NCBI GenBank assembly: GCA_034530875.2
Contig: JAVRCJ020000011.1
Coordinates: 153,055 to 217,054 of the forward strand
DNA: 64,000 nucleotides
Direction: 5' to 3'
Source of the DNA: Nostoc sp. DedSLP01
Lineage (GTDB): Bacteria; Cyanobacteriota; Cyanobacteriia; Cyanobacteriales; Nostocaceae
Of this stretch, positions 1 to 9,459 are shown piece after piece (the first letter of the stretch is position 1; each line of letters starts with the position of its first letter). The notes below the pieces were generated by a model. That model searched no databases, was not told the DNA's origin, and worked only from the letters and a program-made list of their open reading frames with translations. The position numbers were made by a program, and so were the translations under genes.

Positions 1-1080
1 AAAGATACAGATGATGGTGGAACAAACATTAATGTTATTTCCTTGTCGCAACTGTATTTAACTAGTCAAATTACTCCCCGAAGTTACTTGTTCACAGGTT
101 TGCTAGCTGGTAAAGGTACTACCGCACCAAGATTTACCAATAGCGTTTCTCGGAACGATGTTTTACTTGGCTACGAATTTCCTACAGATAGTTTGATTGT
201 TAGCGACCTCAATTTCCATTGGTTGGTGACAAATAAATTAGCAGTGATGGTGGGAACAGAAGGCGTAAGTATACCAACTGCTTTCCGAGGGCCAAATCGA
301 GTAGAAAGTGCAGCAACAGGGCCGCTGTCTTATTTTGCCCAAAGAAACCCAATTTTAAATACGGGATACGGCCATGGTGGTATAGCAATTGATTGGCAAT
401 TTGCTAAACGCGCTAGTTTGCAGGCAATTTATACTAGCTATCAACCAGGAAATCCCGGTCAAGGTAGCGGTTTATTTGATGGCAACACTACTACAGGCGT
501 GCAGTTGTTACTGACACCAACTGATTCTGTAGATTTAAGTTTGTATTACGTAAATAATTATTCTTCGGATGGTTGTTTGCTAACCTTTGTTGGCGATGAA
601 TGCTTAACTGCTGTTAACAGCGCCACTGGAAAATCAGCCCCGTTGCAAACCAACGCCGTAGGTGCGACTGTAACTTGGCAAATTTCAAAGAGTATCAGTG
701 CAGGTGCATGGGGCGGTTATACTAAGTCTTATATTCCTGGACAATCGGGAAATGTCCAAACAACCAATTATATGGTGTTTTTGAATTTCCCTGATTTATT
801 TGCTAAAGGTAATTTAGGCGGTATTTATGTCGGACAACCGCCAAAAATTACCAGTAGCAATCTACCTGTAGGAAATAATGTCCCTGATTTCATTAATACT
901 GGTTTAGGACGTGCAGGAGGTCAGCCGGGAACAACTACTCAAATTGAAGCATTTTATCGTTTTCAGATAAACAATAACATTAGCATTACACCAGGCATTA
1001 TTCATATTTTAGAACCCGGCCATACACCAGATAGTGACTCAGTTACTATCGGCATACTGCGAAGTACTTTTACTTTTTAG
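1..1080 (+). CDS. Carbohydrate-selective/iron-uptake porin (OprB family, cyanobacterial type), 5'-truncated by window edge
   Basis: Frame is open from base 1 (KDTDDGG...). C-terminus has the typical cyanobacterial porin motifs GNLGGIYVGQPP, EAFYRFQINNNISITPG and a terminal STFTF beta-signal. Confidence 0.85.
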   Translation, partial: KDTDDGGTNINVISLSQLYLTSQITPRSYLFTGLLAGKGTTAPRFTNSVSRNDVLLGYEFPTDSLIVSDLNFHWLVTNKLAVMVGTEGVSIPTAFRGPNRVESAATGPLSYFAQRNPILNTGYGHGGIAIDWQFAKRASLQAIYTSYQPGNPGQGSGLFDGNTTTGVQLLLTPTDSVDLSLYYVNNYSSDGCLLTFVGDECLTAVNSATGKSAPLQTNAVGATVTWQISKSISAGAWGGYTKSYIPGQSGNVQTTNYMVFLNFPDLFAKGNLGGIYVGQPPKITSSNLPVGNNVPDFINTGLGRAGGQPGTTTQIEAFYRFQINNNISITPGIIHILEPGHTPDSDSVTIGILRSTFTF

Positions 1081-1244
1081 TGTAAAAATCCGAAATCCTG
1101 AATTATTAGCCCTTTGGTAACCAAACTTAATAATTTCAGTTTATCTCTTTCGGCATGTATAAAAATTCTAGATAATTCAATTCCCATATCTCTTTCAATG
1201 ACCAATGCCCTATGCCCCATTCCCCATTTTCGAGAGATATAAAA

Positions 1245-1269
1245 AAGGTTTGGTGGTGAGCCAAACCTT
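1245..1269 (-). terminator. Possible intrinsic terminator hairpin
   Basis: AAGGTTTGG-tggtgag-CCAAACCTT preceded by an A-run (U-tract on the minus strand), between convergent genes. Confidence 0.45.
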
Positions 1270-1758
1270 AATATAAATCCAGTGCATAACAACATCCCGC
1301 ATTAATTTACTCATTATTAGATTTATAGGCCATCTTCCTATAGGAAGTGTGCAAATATCTTCAAAGCTGATAAAGGGCTTGTTTAGTATAAGTGAATACT
1401 TAAAATAAAAATTATTCTGTCATAGCTTTTATGCTAAGCAGAAAAATTTAGATACTAAAAAATATGTAAGATAGTTTGGAATAACCTATTTTTGAACAAT
1501 ATTCAAAAATAGCGATCGCACTTGATAAATCTGAAATTTACGAAAATATAATTGACTAATTGAAAAATAAGATACGAATAAAAATAAGCCTGCCATCACT
1601 AACAAGCCTATATGTATATATGACATTCAAGTTGATGGAGTTCACAAGGATTCGTCTGGTAGCTAAGTAGAAATTGTTTTACCTTGCTAGGGTAGACGAT
1701 TGTATATTATGAATACAGTAATTATGCTGTATTCCCTAAAATTTAGGTTTTCTCAGTA

Positions 1759-2034
1759 TTAACCACCAGCGACAGCAGGGACAATACTTACTTCATCGCC
1801 GTCGTTAAGGCGTGTATCTGCGCCTTTTAAAAAGCGAATATCTTCGTCGTTGAGGTAAAAATTCACAAACCGTCTTAGCTTTCCTTCTTCATCACACAAT
1901 CGTGATTTAAAACCAGGAAAGCTTGCTTCTAATGAATCCACAAGTTCAGCAATGGTGTTGCCGCTAGATTCTACGGTAGCTTGGTTATTGGTAAATTGTT
2001 GAAGAGCTGTAGGAACTAAGACTGTTACGGACAT
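1759..2034 (-). CDS. MoaD/ThiS/CysO family sulfur-carrier protein
   Basis: 91 aa beta-grasp pattern, [13 protein letters not shown]-terminal PAVAGG di-glycine. Confidence 0.92.
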   Translation of the reverse strand: MSVTVLVPTALQQFTNNQATVESSGNTIAELVDSLEASFPGFKSRLCDEEGKLRRFVNFYLNDEDIRFLKGADTRLNDGDEVSIVPAVAGG

Positions 2035-2054
2035 AGAAGTAGAAAGTTAAAAAT

Positions 2055-2228
2055 GAAAAGTGAGGAGTCAGGAGCGAGGAGTGAAAAGTTAGGAGTGAGG
2101 AGTTAGGAATAAAAAACTCATAACTCATAACTCATAACTCCTAAGCCAGGAGTGAAAAGTTAGGAGTGAGGAATTAGGAATAAAAACTCATAACTCATAA
2201 CTCATAACTCCTAACTCATAACTCATAA
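2055..2228. repeat. Composite heptamer (STRR-like) array with a duplicated ~70-bp unit
   Basis: (AGGAGTG/T)n followed by (AACTCAT)n; unit 2077-2144 repeated at 2148-2214. Confidence 0.9.
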
Positions 2229-3536
2229 TTAAACGAGGACTTGTTGCCATTCCAAGCGATCTAGAGTACGCGATCGCTCTAGGGCACGTTCAAAACTATC
2301 GAGTTTGGCATCAATAGTCAAGGGTTCGCCAATATAGCCTTGTACTGCTTCTTGGGTTTTCAAACCATTACCAGTGATGTAAACCACGGTAGTTTCATCT
2401 GGATCTATCTTGCCAGCTTCTACCAATTTTTTCAGCACAGCTACGGTTGTACCGCCTGCTGTTTCTGTGAAGATGCCTTCGGTTTCTGCTAGCAGCTTGA
2501 TGCCTTCGATAATTTCTCCATCGTTGACTGATTCAATGTTACCACCAGTCTTCTGAGCTATATCCACAGCATAAATGCCGTCTGCTGGGTTACCGATCGC
2601 AATTGATTTGGCAATTGTATTTGGTTTTACTGGTTTAATAAAGTCGCGCCCTTCTTTAAATGCTTGGGCGATGGGCGAACAACCTTCAGCTTGAGCGCCG
2701 CTGAAACGAACCTTCTTACCTGCTACCAAACCAACTTCGACAAATTCTTGGAAGCCCTTATAAATTTTGCTAAATAGAGAGCCAGAAGCTAAAGGAGCAA
2801 CAATATGGTCGGGTAATTCCCAGCCTAATTGTTCTGCAACTTCAAAGCCCAGCGTTTTAGAACCTTCAGAGTAGTAGGGACGCAAATTAATATTGACAAA
2901 TCCCCAACCGTATGTATTTGCAACTTCCGAACACAAACGATTGACTTGATCGTAGTTGCCCTTTACAGCCATCAGGGTGGGACTGTAAATCAAACTGCCG
3001 AGAATTTTACCAGCTTCCAAATCAGCGGGGATGAATACACAGCAATCTAAACCGGCGTGAGCTGCGATCGCCGCTGTAGAATTTGCCAAGTTACCAGTAC
3101 TGGCGCAGGAAACTGTGGAAAAACCCAACTCTCTTGCCCTGGAGAGGGCGACTGATACCACCCGATCCTTAAAGCTGAGGGTGGGCATATTCACAGCATC
3201 ATTTTTAATATAAAGCTTGTTTAGACCCAGGCGGCGGGCAAGACGATGGGAACGAACCAAGGGGGTCATACCAGTTCCCACATCTATAACGTTGTCAGTT
3301 GCGACAGGTAAAAAGGGACGGTAGCGCCAAATTGAATTAGGGCCGGCTTTAATTGTTTCCCGAGTGACGGTTTGACGCAGAGCGCTGTAGTCATACATGA
3401 CTTCCAAAGGCCCAAAGCATAACTCACAAACATTGCTGGCTTTGGGTTCGTATTCCGCGCCACATTCCTTACACTTCAAGGCTTTAAAAAATGTAGCATT
3501 ACCGACTTGGGATTGGGTTGTGATTGCCTGAGTCAT
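2229..3536 (-). CDS. thrC: Threonine synthase-like PLP enzyme (fold type II) with N-terminal Zn ribbon
   Basis: PTLSFKDR PLP-lysine motif, CASTGNLA, ITGNGLKT, and N-terminal CKEC...CELC. Confidence 0.85.
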   Translation of the reverse strand: MTQAITTQSQVGNATFFKALKCKECGAEYEPKASNVCELCFGPLEVMYDYSALRQTVTRETIKAGPNSIWRYRPFLPVATDNVIDVGTGMTPLVRSHRLARRLGLNKLYIKNDAVNMPTLSFKDRVVSVALSRARELGFSTVSCASTGNLANSTAAIAAHAGLDCCVFIPADLEAGKILGSLIYSPTLMAVKGNYDQVNRLCSEVANTYGWGFVNINLRPYYSEGSKTLGFEVAEQLGWELPDHIVAPLASGSLFSKIYKGFQEFVEVGLVAGKKVRFSGAQAEGCSPIAQAFKEGRDFIKPVKPNTIAKSIAIGNPADGIYAVDIAQKTGGNIESVNDGEIIEGIKLLAETEGIFTETAGGTTVAVLKKLVEAGKIDPDETTVVYITGNGLKTQEAVQGYIGEPLTIDAKLDSFERALERSRTLDRLEWQQVLV

Positions 3537-3605
3537 AAACTAGCTTTCCCTGTCTGTCCATCAACTGTCGCCTGATAGTAACACGAGTAAAAATACCAGT
3601 CAAAC

Positions 3606-3630
3606 ATACCCGACAAATTTTGTCGGGTAT
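3606..3630. promoter_or_regulatory. 25-bp palindromic operator, Rrf2/IscR-type
   Basis: ATACCCGACAAA-T-TTTGTCGGGTAT perfect inverted repeat 70 bp upstream of thrC-moaD. Confidence 0.65.
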
Positions 3631-4454
3631 TTTGGGTAGTCACAGTAATAATTTTTGTAACATTCGGTTACTAATAAATTTTTGCATTTAGTATTTACAC
3701 TTAGTAATTTTTGGTTATAAAAAAATCGCAGCTTGAGTTATTCCGTCTTAATACTGTTGGTAGTTAGAATTAAATTGCATTTTGGGTACGATCGATTTGC
3801 ATATATCTAAAAGATCGCCAGTTTTTAGCGATCTAAATCGCTTTTTGAATTTATTCCACGACTCGCTCGAGTAAAGTGAATATATAACAGTAAAGAATCA
3901 AAAGTATTTCCAGATATAGATTTTAGTATTTTTGCTCTGGGATTGAAGATTCAAGTTGCTATTGATATTCCAACAATGAATTTGAATTTCAATTTTTATA
4001 CACTCATTCACTGCTAGAGAAGTTACTTATTTATACGGTGGACTTTTCTTGCAGCAAAAGTTACATTTCTACTTGCATAAACAATTCAGCAGTACGCAAC
4101 AGTAAGTTTCCCATAGTTGTGGTTACCAGCCTTGATTATCAACGGCGATCGCAAATTTAGATCGGCGAATTATTTGCAGGTATTGCATGAATATATATTC
4201 GTGAGGAGTGTCAATAACTGATAGCAGATTTCAAGAAGAGAGAAAATATACAAATGAGGTTTCAAAGCTTGGCTTTAAACGTGCTTTACTACTGAATCTG
4301 ATTCGCAGAATTCAGTAATTTTGGTTTAACTCCTCAAATCTGCATTCTCAAAAAATTAACGTTTTAGGCAAATATCATCGGTAATTCTTAAAAAATTGCC
4401 GAACTTTATCCTCTTTAAAATTCAGGACACAAGTTCAGCAAACAAACAACACCT

Positions 4455-6989
4455 ATGGTAAAACAAAATAAATTTGTCAACAGGCAGCATCACCGCTATC
4501 AATCCTTAATAGCAACAGCATTATTAACTGGTAGCTTTTTCCAATTTGTTGCACCTGTATTAGCTGACGGAACTACTGCGGGTACGTCTATCAGTAATAC
4601 AGCCACAGCAACCTACGAAGATCCCAACAGTCCAGGGACGACAATCAACGCCACTTCCAACACTGTGGTTGTCACCGTTGCAGAAGTTGCTGGTATCACC
4701 GTCAGTGCATCTGGTGTCACAGATACCACTGCTAGTCCTAGCAATACAACAGTCCAAGCTGGCGATTTACTTATCTACACCTACACCTTGACCAACGTAG
4801 GTAACGACCCAACCAAATTCCACATTCCTAACCAAGCTACAACAACCGGGCCAGGTACAGTTTCTGGTACATTACCAAATGGTGGTACAGCTAATAGCTT
4901 GCAATATAGTATCGACGGCGGTCAAAATTGGATAAACGTTCCCCAAGGCGGCATAGATACACCATCAGTTCCAGTTGGTGGCACTGTATTGGTGCGCGTA
5001 CCAATTACTGTACAACCTGGTGCCCAAACCAATGATGTCATTACTGTTACCCTTGGTAATACTCCTGGTGACGCTCAAAACCAACTGCGGAGTCCTGATG
5101 GTGGCGACGTATTTACTGTAGATAATCCTGATGGTAGTCCTGGTGAGGTACCTGGCGCACCAGTTAACGGTACTCGGGAAGCTAGCGCCACCCAGCAAAT
5201 TAAGGTTGGTTTAACGGTAAAGACCTACACGTTAGCCACCGTTCTCAAGATTCGCAGTGGTTATAACAATGCTGGCACGCCTGCAATTACAGACGATAAG
5301 CTGACTTACGATTTGAGTTTGCGAGTTGAGTCCAACGATCCCACAGGACAGGGAATCACACCAGCAGCTTTGACTGGCACCAATGTTCCTGGTCTTGCTG
5401 GTACTCATATTTTGGTTTCTGATGCCATTCCCGCAGGTACAGATTTGGCAGTAGCACCAACTCCGCCTCCTGGTTGGCAAACTGTTTATACCACTGACCC
5501 AGTTACAACTAATGCTAATGCAGCTACTTGGACTACAACACCACCATCAGTCTTGGCTTCAGTAACTCGCGTTGGTTTTATCAATAATCCAGCAACAATT
5601 ACTTCCATCGCTCCTGGTACGACGGTGACTGGCTTTTCGATTCAAGTCGCCGTTGAATTAAGTGCCACTTCACCTTTAACTATTGCTAATATTGCCCAAT
5701 TATTTGGTCAAACACCAAGCAGCAATCTACCAGTATACGACGAATCGGGCGACCAAAATCCTAGCAACTACAACGGGCCTCCAGGTAGTATGATACCTCC
5801 CGCTGGTACAGATAGCAACAGCGATGGTGTTCCCGATACTCTACCAACCGGCAGCGTTGATGATGGCTATATTAATACTCCAACAACTCCGGAAACTGGA
5901 ACTGACGCAGGCAATAACAATAGTGGTGATGGTTCGCAAGGAGGTGAGGCGAACGTCATCACACTGCAAACACCTGTAGCTTCAGCAATACTCAACGGCC
6001 CGCAAAATGCACCGGATGCAACTGGGCCGTCAGGTGGAACCAACGATGACTTCACGAATAAATCTTCTCTCGTTCCTCCTAATACTGCACCTGGTAGTAC
6101 GCTCGATCCTCAGTCAGTTGGCTTCACAAACACAGTTAAGAATACTGGTACTGAGTCAGGGGTTTTGAAGATAGAGCCAACGCTACCAGGAGTTGCAGGA
6201 GATTTACCGAATAATACGAAGATAACGATTACCTATAATAGCCAGTCTGCTGTTTATACTTACAATAATGGAGTATTTACAACACCTGGGGCACCAATTA
6301 CAATCCCTAACTTTGCTCCTAATGCAACTATCAACTATGGTGTAGAAGTTGATTTACCCGCAGGTACGCAGTTATCTACTGATATTAATAAAGGCTTCCC
6401 AGTACCCGTAACTGCTTCTATTGATAACTACACGACGGATAGTAACGGAGATGGAATCAAGGATACTGGGAACGATAATGCCTTTGATTCATCCAACATC
6501 ACCATCGATCGCGTCTACACTGGCTACCTGAAACTGTTGAAAATGTCACGAGTTCTACAAGGAACCGGGCCTGTAGTTCAAGGAAATGATGGCATCTTCA
6601 GTACTGACCCGAAAAAGCCTGCACCAGGAAACATTATTGAGTACCAAATTCAGTACAGCAATATTTCCGAGCCTCAATCTGGAACTGGTAACGTGATTTT
6701 GAATGCTAGCAAAGTTGTGATTATTGAAGATGGTACGCAAGGCTCCAACAACTGGGCAAAAGACAATGATGCCAGCGGTCAAATTGATACTAGCAACATT
6801 GTTGGTTCCGCCAAAGATTCTGGCAGTGCAACCATTCAATTCTTCAGCGGAAATCCAGCTACTAGCTCTGGTATCGACCAAACTGGAACTACGGTAAATA
6901 CTGATGTCACCAAGTATGTTGATACTGTAACTGGTATCATCGCGCCGGGTGTTCAAAGAACATTTACCTTCCAACGTAAGGTCAACTAA
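4455..6989 (+). CDS. Secreted T/G/P/N-rich multi-Ig (DUF11-like) surface protein, candidate major fibre subunit
   Basis: Sec signal ending APVLA|DG. N-terminal GTSISNTATATY, repeated GD/GNxxxYxxxxxN strands, DxNxDG acidic loops. Confidence 0.75.
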   Translation: MVKQNKFVNRQHHRYQSLIATALLTGSFFQFVAPVLADGTTAGTSISNTATATYEDPNSPGTTINATSNTVVVTVAEVAGITVSASGVTDTTASPSNTTVQAGDLLIYTYTLTNVGNDPTKFHIPNQATTTGPGTVSGTLPNGGTANSLQYSIDGGQNWINVPQGGIDTPSVPVGGTVLVRVPITVQPGAQTNDVITVTLGNTPGDAQNQLRSPDGGDVFTVDNPDGSPGEVPGAPVNGTREASATQQIKVGLTVKTYTLATVLKIRSGYNNAGTPAITDDKLTYDLSLRVESNDPTGQGITPAALTGTNVPGLAGTHILVSDAIPAGTDLAVAPTPPPGWQTVYTTDPVTTNANAATWTTTPPSVLASVTRVGFINNPATITSIAPGTTVTGFSIQVAVELSATSPLTIANIAQLFGQTPSSNLPVYDESGDQNPSNYNGPPGSMIPPAGTDSNSDGVPDTLPTGSVDDGYINTPTTPETGTDAGNNNSGDGSQGGEANVITLQTPVASAILNGPQNAPDATGPSGGTNDDFTNKSSLVPPNTAPGSTLDPQSVGFTNTVKNTGTESGVLKIEPTLPGVAGDLPNNTKITITYNSQSAVYTYNNGVFTTPGAPITIPNFAPNATINYGVEVDLPAGTQLSTDINKGFPVPVTASIDNYTTDSNGDGIKDTGNDNAFDSSNITIDRVYTGYLKLLKMSRVLQGTGPVVQGNDGIFSTDPKKPAPGNIIEYQIQYSNISEPQSGTGNVILNASKVVIIEDGTQGSNNWAKDNDASGQIDTSNIVGSAKDSGSATIQFFSGNPATSSGIDQTGTTVNTDVTKYVDTVTGIIAPGVQRTFTFQRKVN

Positions 6990-7159
6990 TTTGTTGGGAG
7001 TGAGGGAGACAAGAGGACAAGGTAAATAACTCTTAAGTGAGTACTCCCAATGCCTAAAACCAGTTGACTTCACTCCTACAAAGCTCAAGCCAAGTGATTA
7101 TTTATTAGCAAAAGCAGGGAAAAATAAGTCAATAATCAAAATTCTGGAAGTTATTTATT

Positions 7160-7723
7160 ATGAAGGGTGCTTATCTTAGAGGTTTCGGTGCGTTTGCACT
7201 AATAGCTACAGTTACATTTTTGGCTGAATTTCCCAGATTTACAAATATCTCGCATTCAGGAATTGCCTACGCTCAAAATACTAAAACTCAAGGGCAAATT
7301 CAATTGCGCTTAGAAGCCGAAAAGCTAGTCATAGCTCAAGATCGGCAGGGCAAACAAAGCCAGAAATGGGAACTTTTAAAAGGTCAAGCTGTAGTCCGAC
7401 CGGGAGATGTATTGAGGTATACTTTGAGTGGCGAAAATCAAAGCGATCGCCCAGTCAAAAATTTGATTCTCAATCAACCCATTCCCCGGGGGATGGTCTA
7501 CGTACTGAAATCTGCAAATATAACTAATAATGGAAAAATTACTTATAGCATTGATGGTGGGCGTAACTTCGTCGAAAACCCCACCGTTAAAGTTACTCTT
7601 TCTAACGGCAAAGTGGAAACTAAACCAGCGCCAGCCATTGCTTATACCCACATCCGCATACAGATTCCGTCAGTTGCAGCAAAGACGGCAGTCAAAGCGA
7701 CTTATCAAACGCAAGTGCGTTGA
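7160..7723 (+). CDS. Secreted single-domain DUF11-like (conserved repeat domain) protein
   Basis: Signal peptide (IAYA|Q). Motifs VRPGDVLRYTLSGEN, QPIPRGMVYV and YSIDGG. Confidence 0.8.
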   Translation: MKGAYLRGFGAFALIATVTFLAEFPRFTNISHSGIAYAQNTKTQGQIQLRLEAEKLVIAQDRQGKQSQKWELLKGQAVVRPGDVLRYTLSGENQSDRPVKNLILNQPIPRGMVYVLKSANITNNGKITYSIDGGRNFVENPTVKVTLSNGKVETKPAPAIAYTHIRIQIPSVAAKTAVKATYQTQVR

Positions 7724-7730
7724 TTGAAAG

Positions 7731-7866
7731 AAGAATTCAGGATTCAGAATTCAGAAGCAACAGCACTGGTAACAGTTATTCAGAGTTCATAACCTCGTTC
7801 CTGCTGCGTTATTTAACAGTTGTACATAATTCATTCTGAATTCTGAATTCTGACTCCTGAATTCTG
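7731..7866. repeat. Inverted heptamer arrays (ATTCAGA)n ... (TTCTGAA)n able to form a long hairpin
   Basis: gaattcaggattcagaattcagaa at ~7733-7756 is complementary to ttctgaattctgaattctgactcctgaattc at ~7834-7864. Confidence 0.8.
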
Positions 7867-7896
7867 TTTTTATAATTTTTTTATTAACAACAAGCT

Positions 7897-9459
7897 TTGC
7901 ATCCAGAGGTGATGTGTTCGGTGAGCCGTCCTCAAAAACAAAAGCGAATTAATTCTAGTAGTATCTGGCATCAAAAATTAACAGCAATTCTTTTGCTAGG
8001 TAGTTTTTTACATAGTACTTTATCTCTATCTGTAAGAGCGCAACAAAATAACAATCTAGTTGCATCTGTGCCAATTACAAATCAAGCTAATTACACTTAT
8101 ACAGACCCAGCCAGTAATTATCAATATCAGGGAAATTCTAGTCAGCTTGACGTTACCCCCGATCCATTAGTTGACCCATTAGGGCGGATTTTAGGTTGTG
8201 CTGGAACGCTGTTACCAGACTATACAGGATTTTCAGTAGGGGTATACGAACCTAATCCTAACGACCCCACGGGTACAGAATTAGGCAGTTTAGTTGCTTT
8301 AACTAGAACAGAGTTACCTGATATTCCTAATAACAATGTGCCTGGTGGAAAATCGCCAAATATTGAAAATAGTAATCCATATTTCATTACAAATAACCCT
8401 GCGGGCGTTTATAACTTTTTACTAGATCCAAACAAAGGGCAAACCGATCCAGGTAGAATCTACATTTTTGTAGTTAATCCACCGCCGAATTCTATCTATA
8501 CACAACGGCGAGTCAAGATTGAAATCCTTAATAGCGTTGGTTCGCAAGGTAACGATGTCGTGCGGTATCTTGCTACTTCTTTAGATGGTCAACCAATAAG
8601 TCTTACAGGTGAGACTAGGGTAGAACAAACAGTTGTTTTAGTTCCCAATGCAGAAGTAGTGGGGCTGGATTTATTAGCCTTTGAATTCACGACAAATTTG
8701 TGTCAAGCCAATCAATTGCAGATTATCAAAACAGGCGATCGCGCGACTGCTGAACCTGGAGATACGGTTATCTACCGCCTATCGGTAAAAAATCTCTCTG
8801 ATGCTGGTTTGAACAATGTAGTTATTACTGACAACCTACCTTTAGGATTCCAGTTCTTGCCGAAATCTGTGCGGGGAGAGATGGATGGCGCAGCGGTTGC
8901 GATCGTATCAGAACGGAATGGCAACACGGTGATATTCCGAACAAGTATGGCGGTTCCCGTAGGGAAAGTCTTGAATATTGCCTACGCTGCTCAATTAACG
9001 GGCGATGCTTTGCGTGGTACTGGCCGCAACAGTGCGATCGCTACTGCCCAACGAAGCGATAACGGTTTTAGCACTAAGGATGGCCCGGCAACTCACCAAC
9101 TGAAAATTCGCCCTGGAATCGTTTCTGATTGTGGCACGATTATCGGCCGGGTGTTTGTCGATAAAAACTTTGATGGCGAACAACAGCGCGGCGAGCCTGG
9201 AATACCCAATGCAGTGGTTTTTCTAGAAGATGGTAACCGCATCACTACAGATCCCAATGGTTTGTTCTCCTTAGCTAACGTTTTACCTGGGTATCACACA
9301 GGCGTACTCGACCTCAGCAGTGTAGCTGGTTATGCGTTAGCTCCCAATAAAAAATTCCGCGAACGCAATAGCCAATCTCGCCTAGTGCATTTAGAACCGG
9401 GTGGCTTAGTACGCATGAACTTTGGTGTCACCCCATTTCAGGAGCCAGTCAAGAAATGA
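7897..9459 (+). CDS. Secreted DUF11 + SdrD-B/CnaB-like domain protein (start codon uncertain)
   Basis: Signal (SVRA|Q). Complete DUF11 (LQIIKT..EPGDTVIYRLSVKN..VITDNLP..GRNSA). C-terminal IIGRVFVDKNFDGEQ..GEPGIP..TDPNGLFS. Confidence 0.85.
   Translation: MHPEVMCSVSRPQKQKRINSSSIWHQKLTAILLLGSFLHSTLSLSVRAQQNNNLVASVPITNQANYTYTDPASNYQYQGNSSQLDVTPDPLVDPLGRILGCAGTLLPDYTGFSVGVYEPNPNDPTGTELGSLVALTRTELPDIPNNNVPGGKSPNIENSNPYFITNNPAGVYNFLLDPNKGQTDPGRIYIFVVNPPPNSIYTQRRVKIEILNSVGSQGNDVVRYLATSLDGQPISLTGETRVEQTVVLVPNAEVVGLDLLAFEFTTNLCQANQLQIIKTGDRATAEPGDTVIYRLSVKNLSDAGLNNVVITDNLPLGFQFLPKSVRGEMDGAAVAIVSERNGNTVIFRTSMAVPVGKVLNIAYAAQLTGDALRGTGRNSAIATAQRSDNGFSTKDGPATHQLKIRPGIVSDCGTIIGRVFVDKNFDGEQQRGEPGIPNAVVFLEDGNRITTDPNGLFSLANVLPGYHTGVLDLSSVAGYALAPNKKFRERNSQSRLVHLEPGGLVRMNFGVTPFQEPVKK

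Noticed and set aside
2055..2228. CRISPR array (also considered for 10017-10200 and 60821-60910)
   Set aside because: These are tandem repeats without unique spacers, and no cas genes are present.
3657..3671. NtcA site GTAACATTCGGTTAC
   Set aside because: Spacing is GTA-N9-TAC rather than the canonical N8.
6555..7088. 177-aa antisense ORF and the other short ORFs overlapping long genes
   Set aside because: Shadow frames of well-supported genes with no recognisable motifs.
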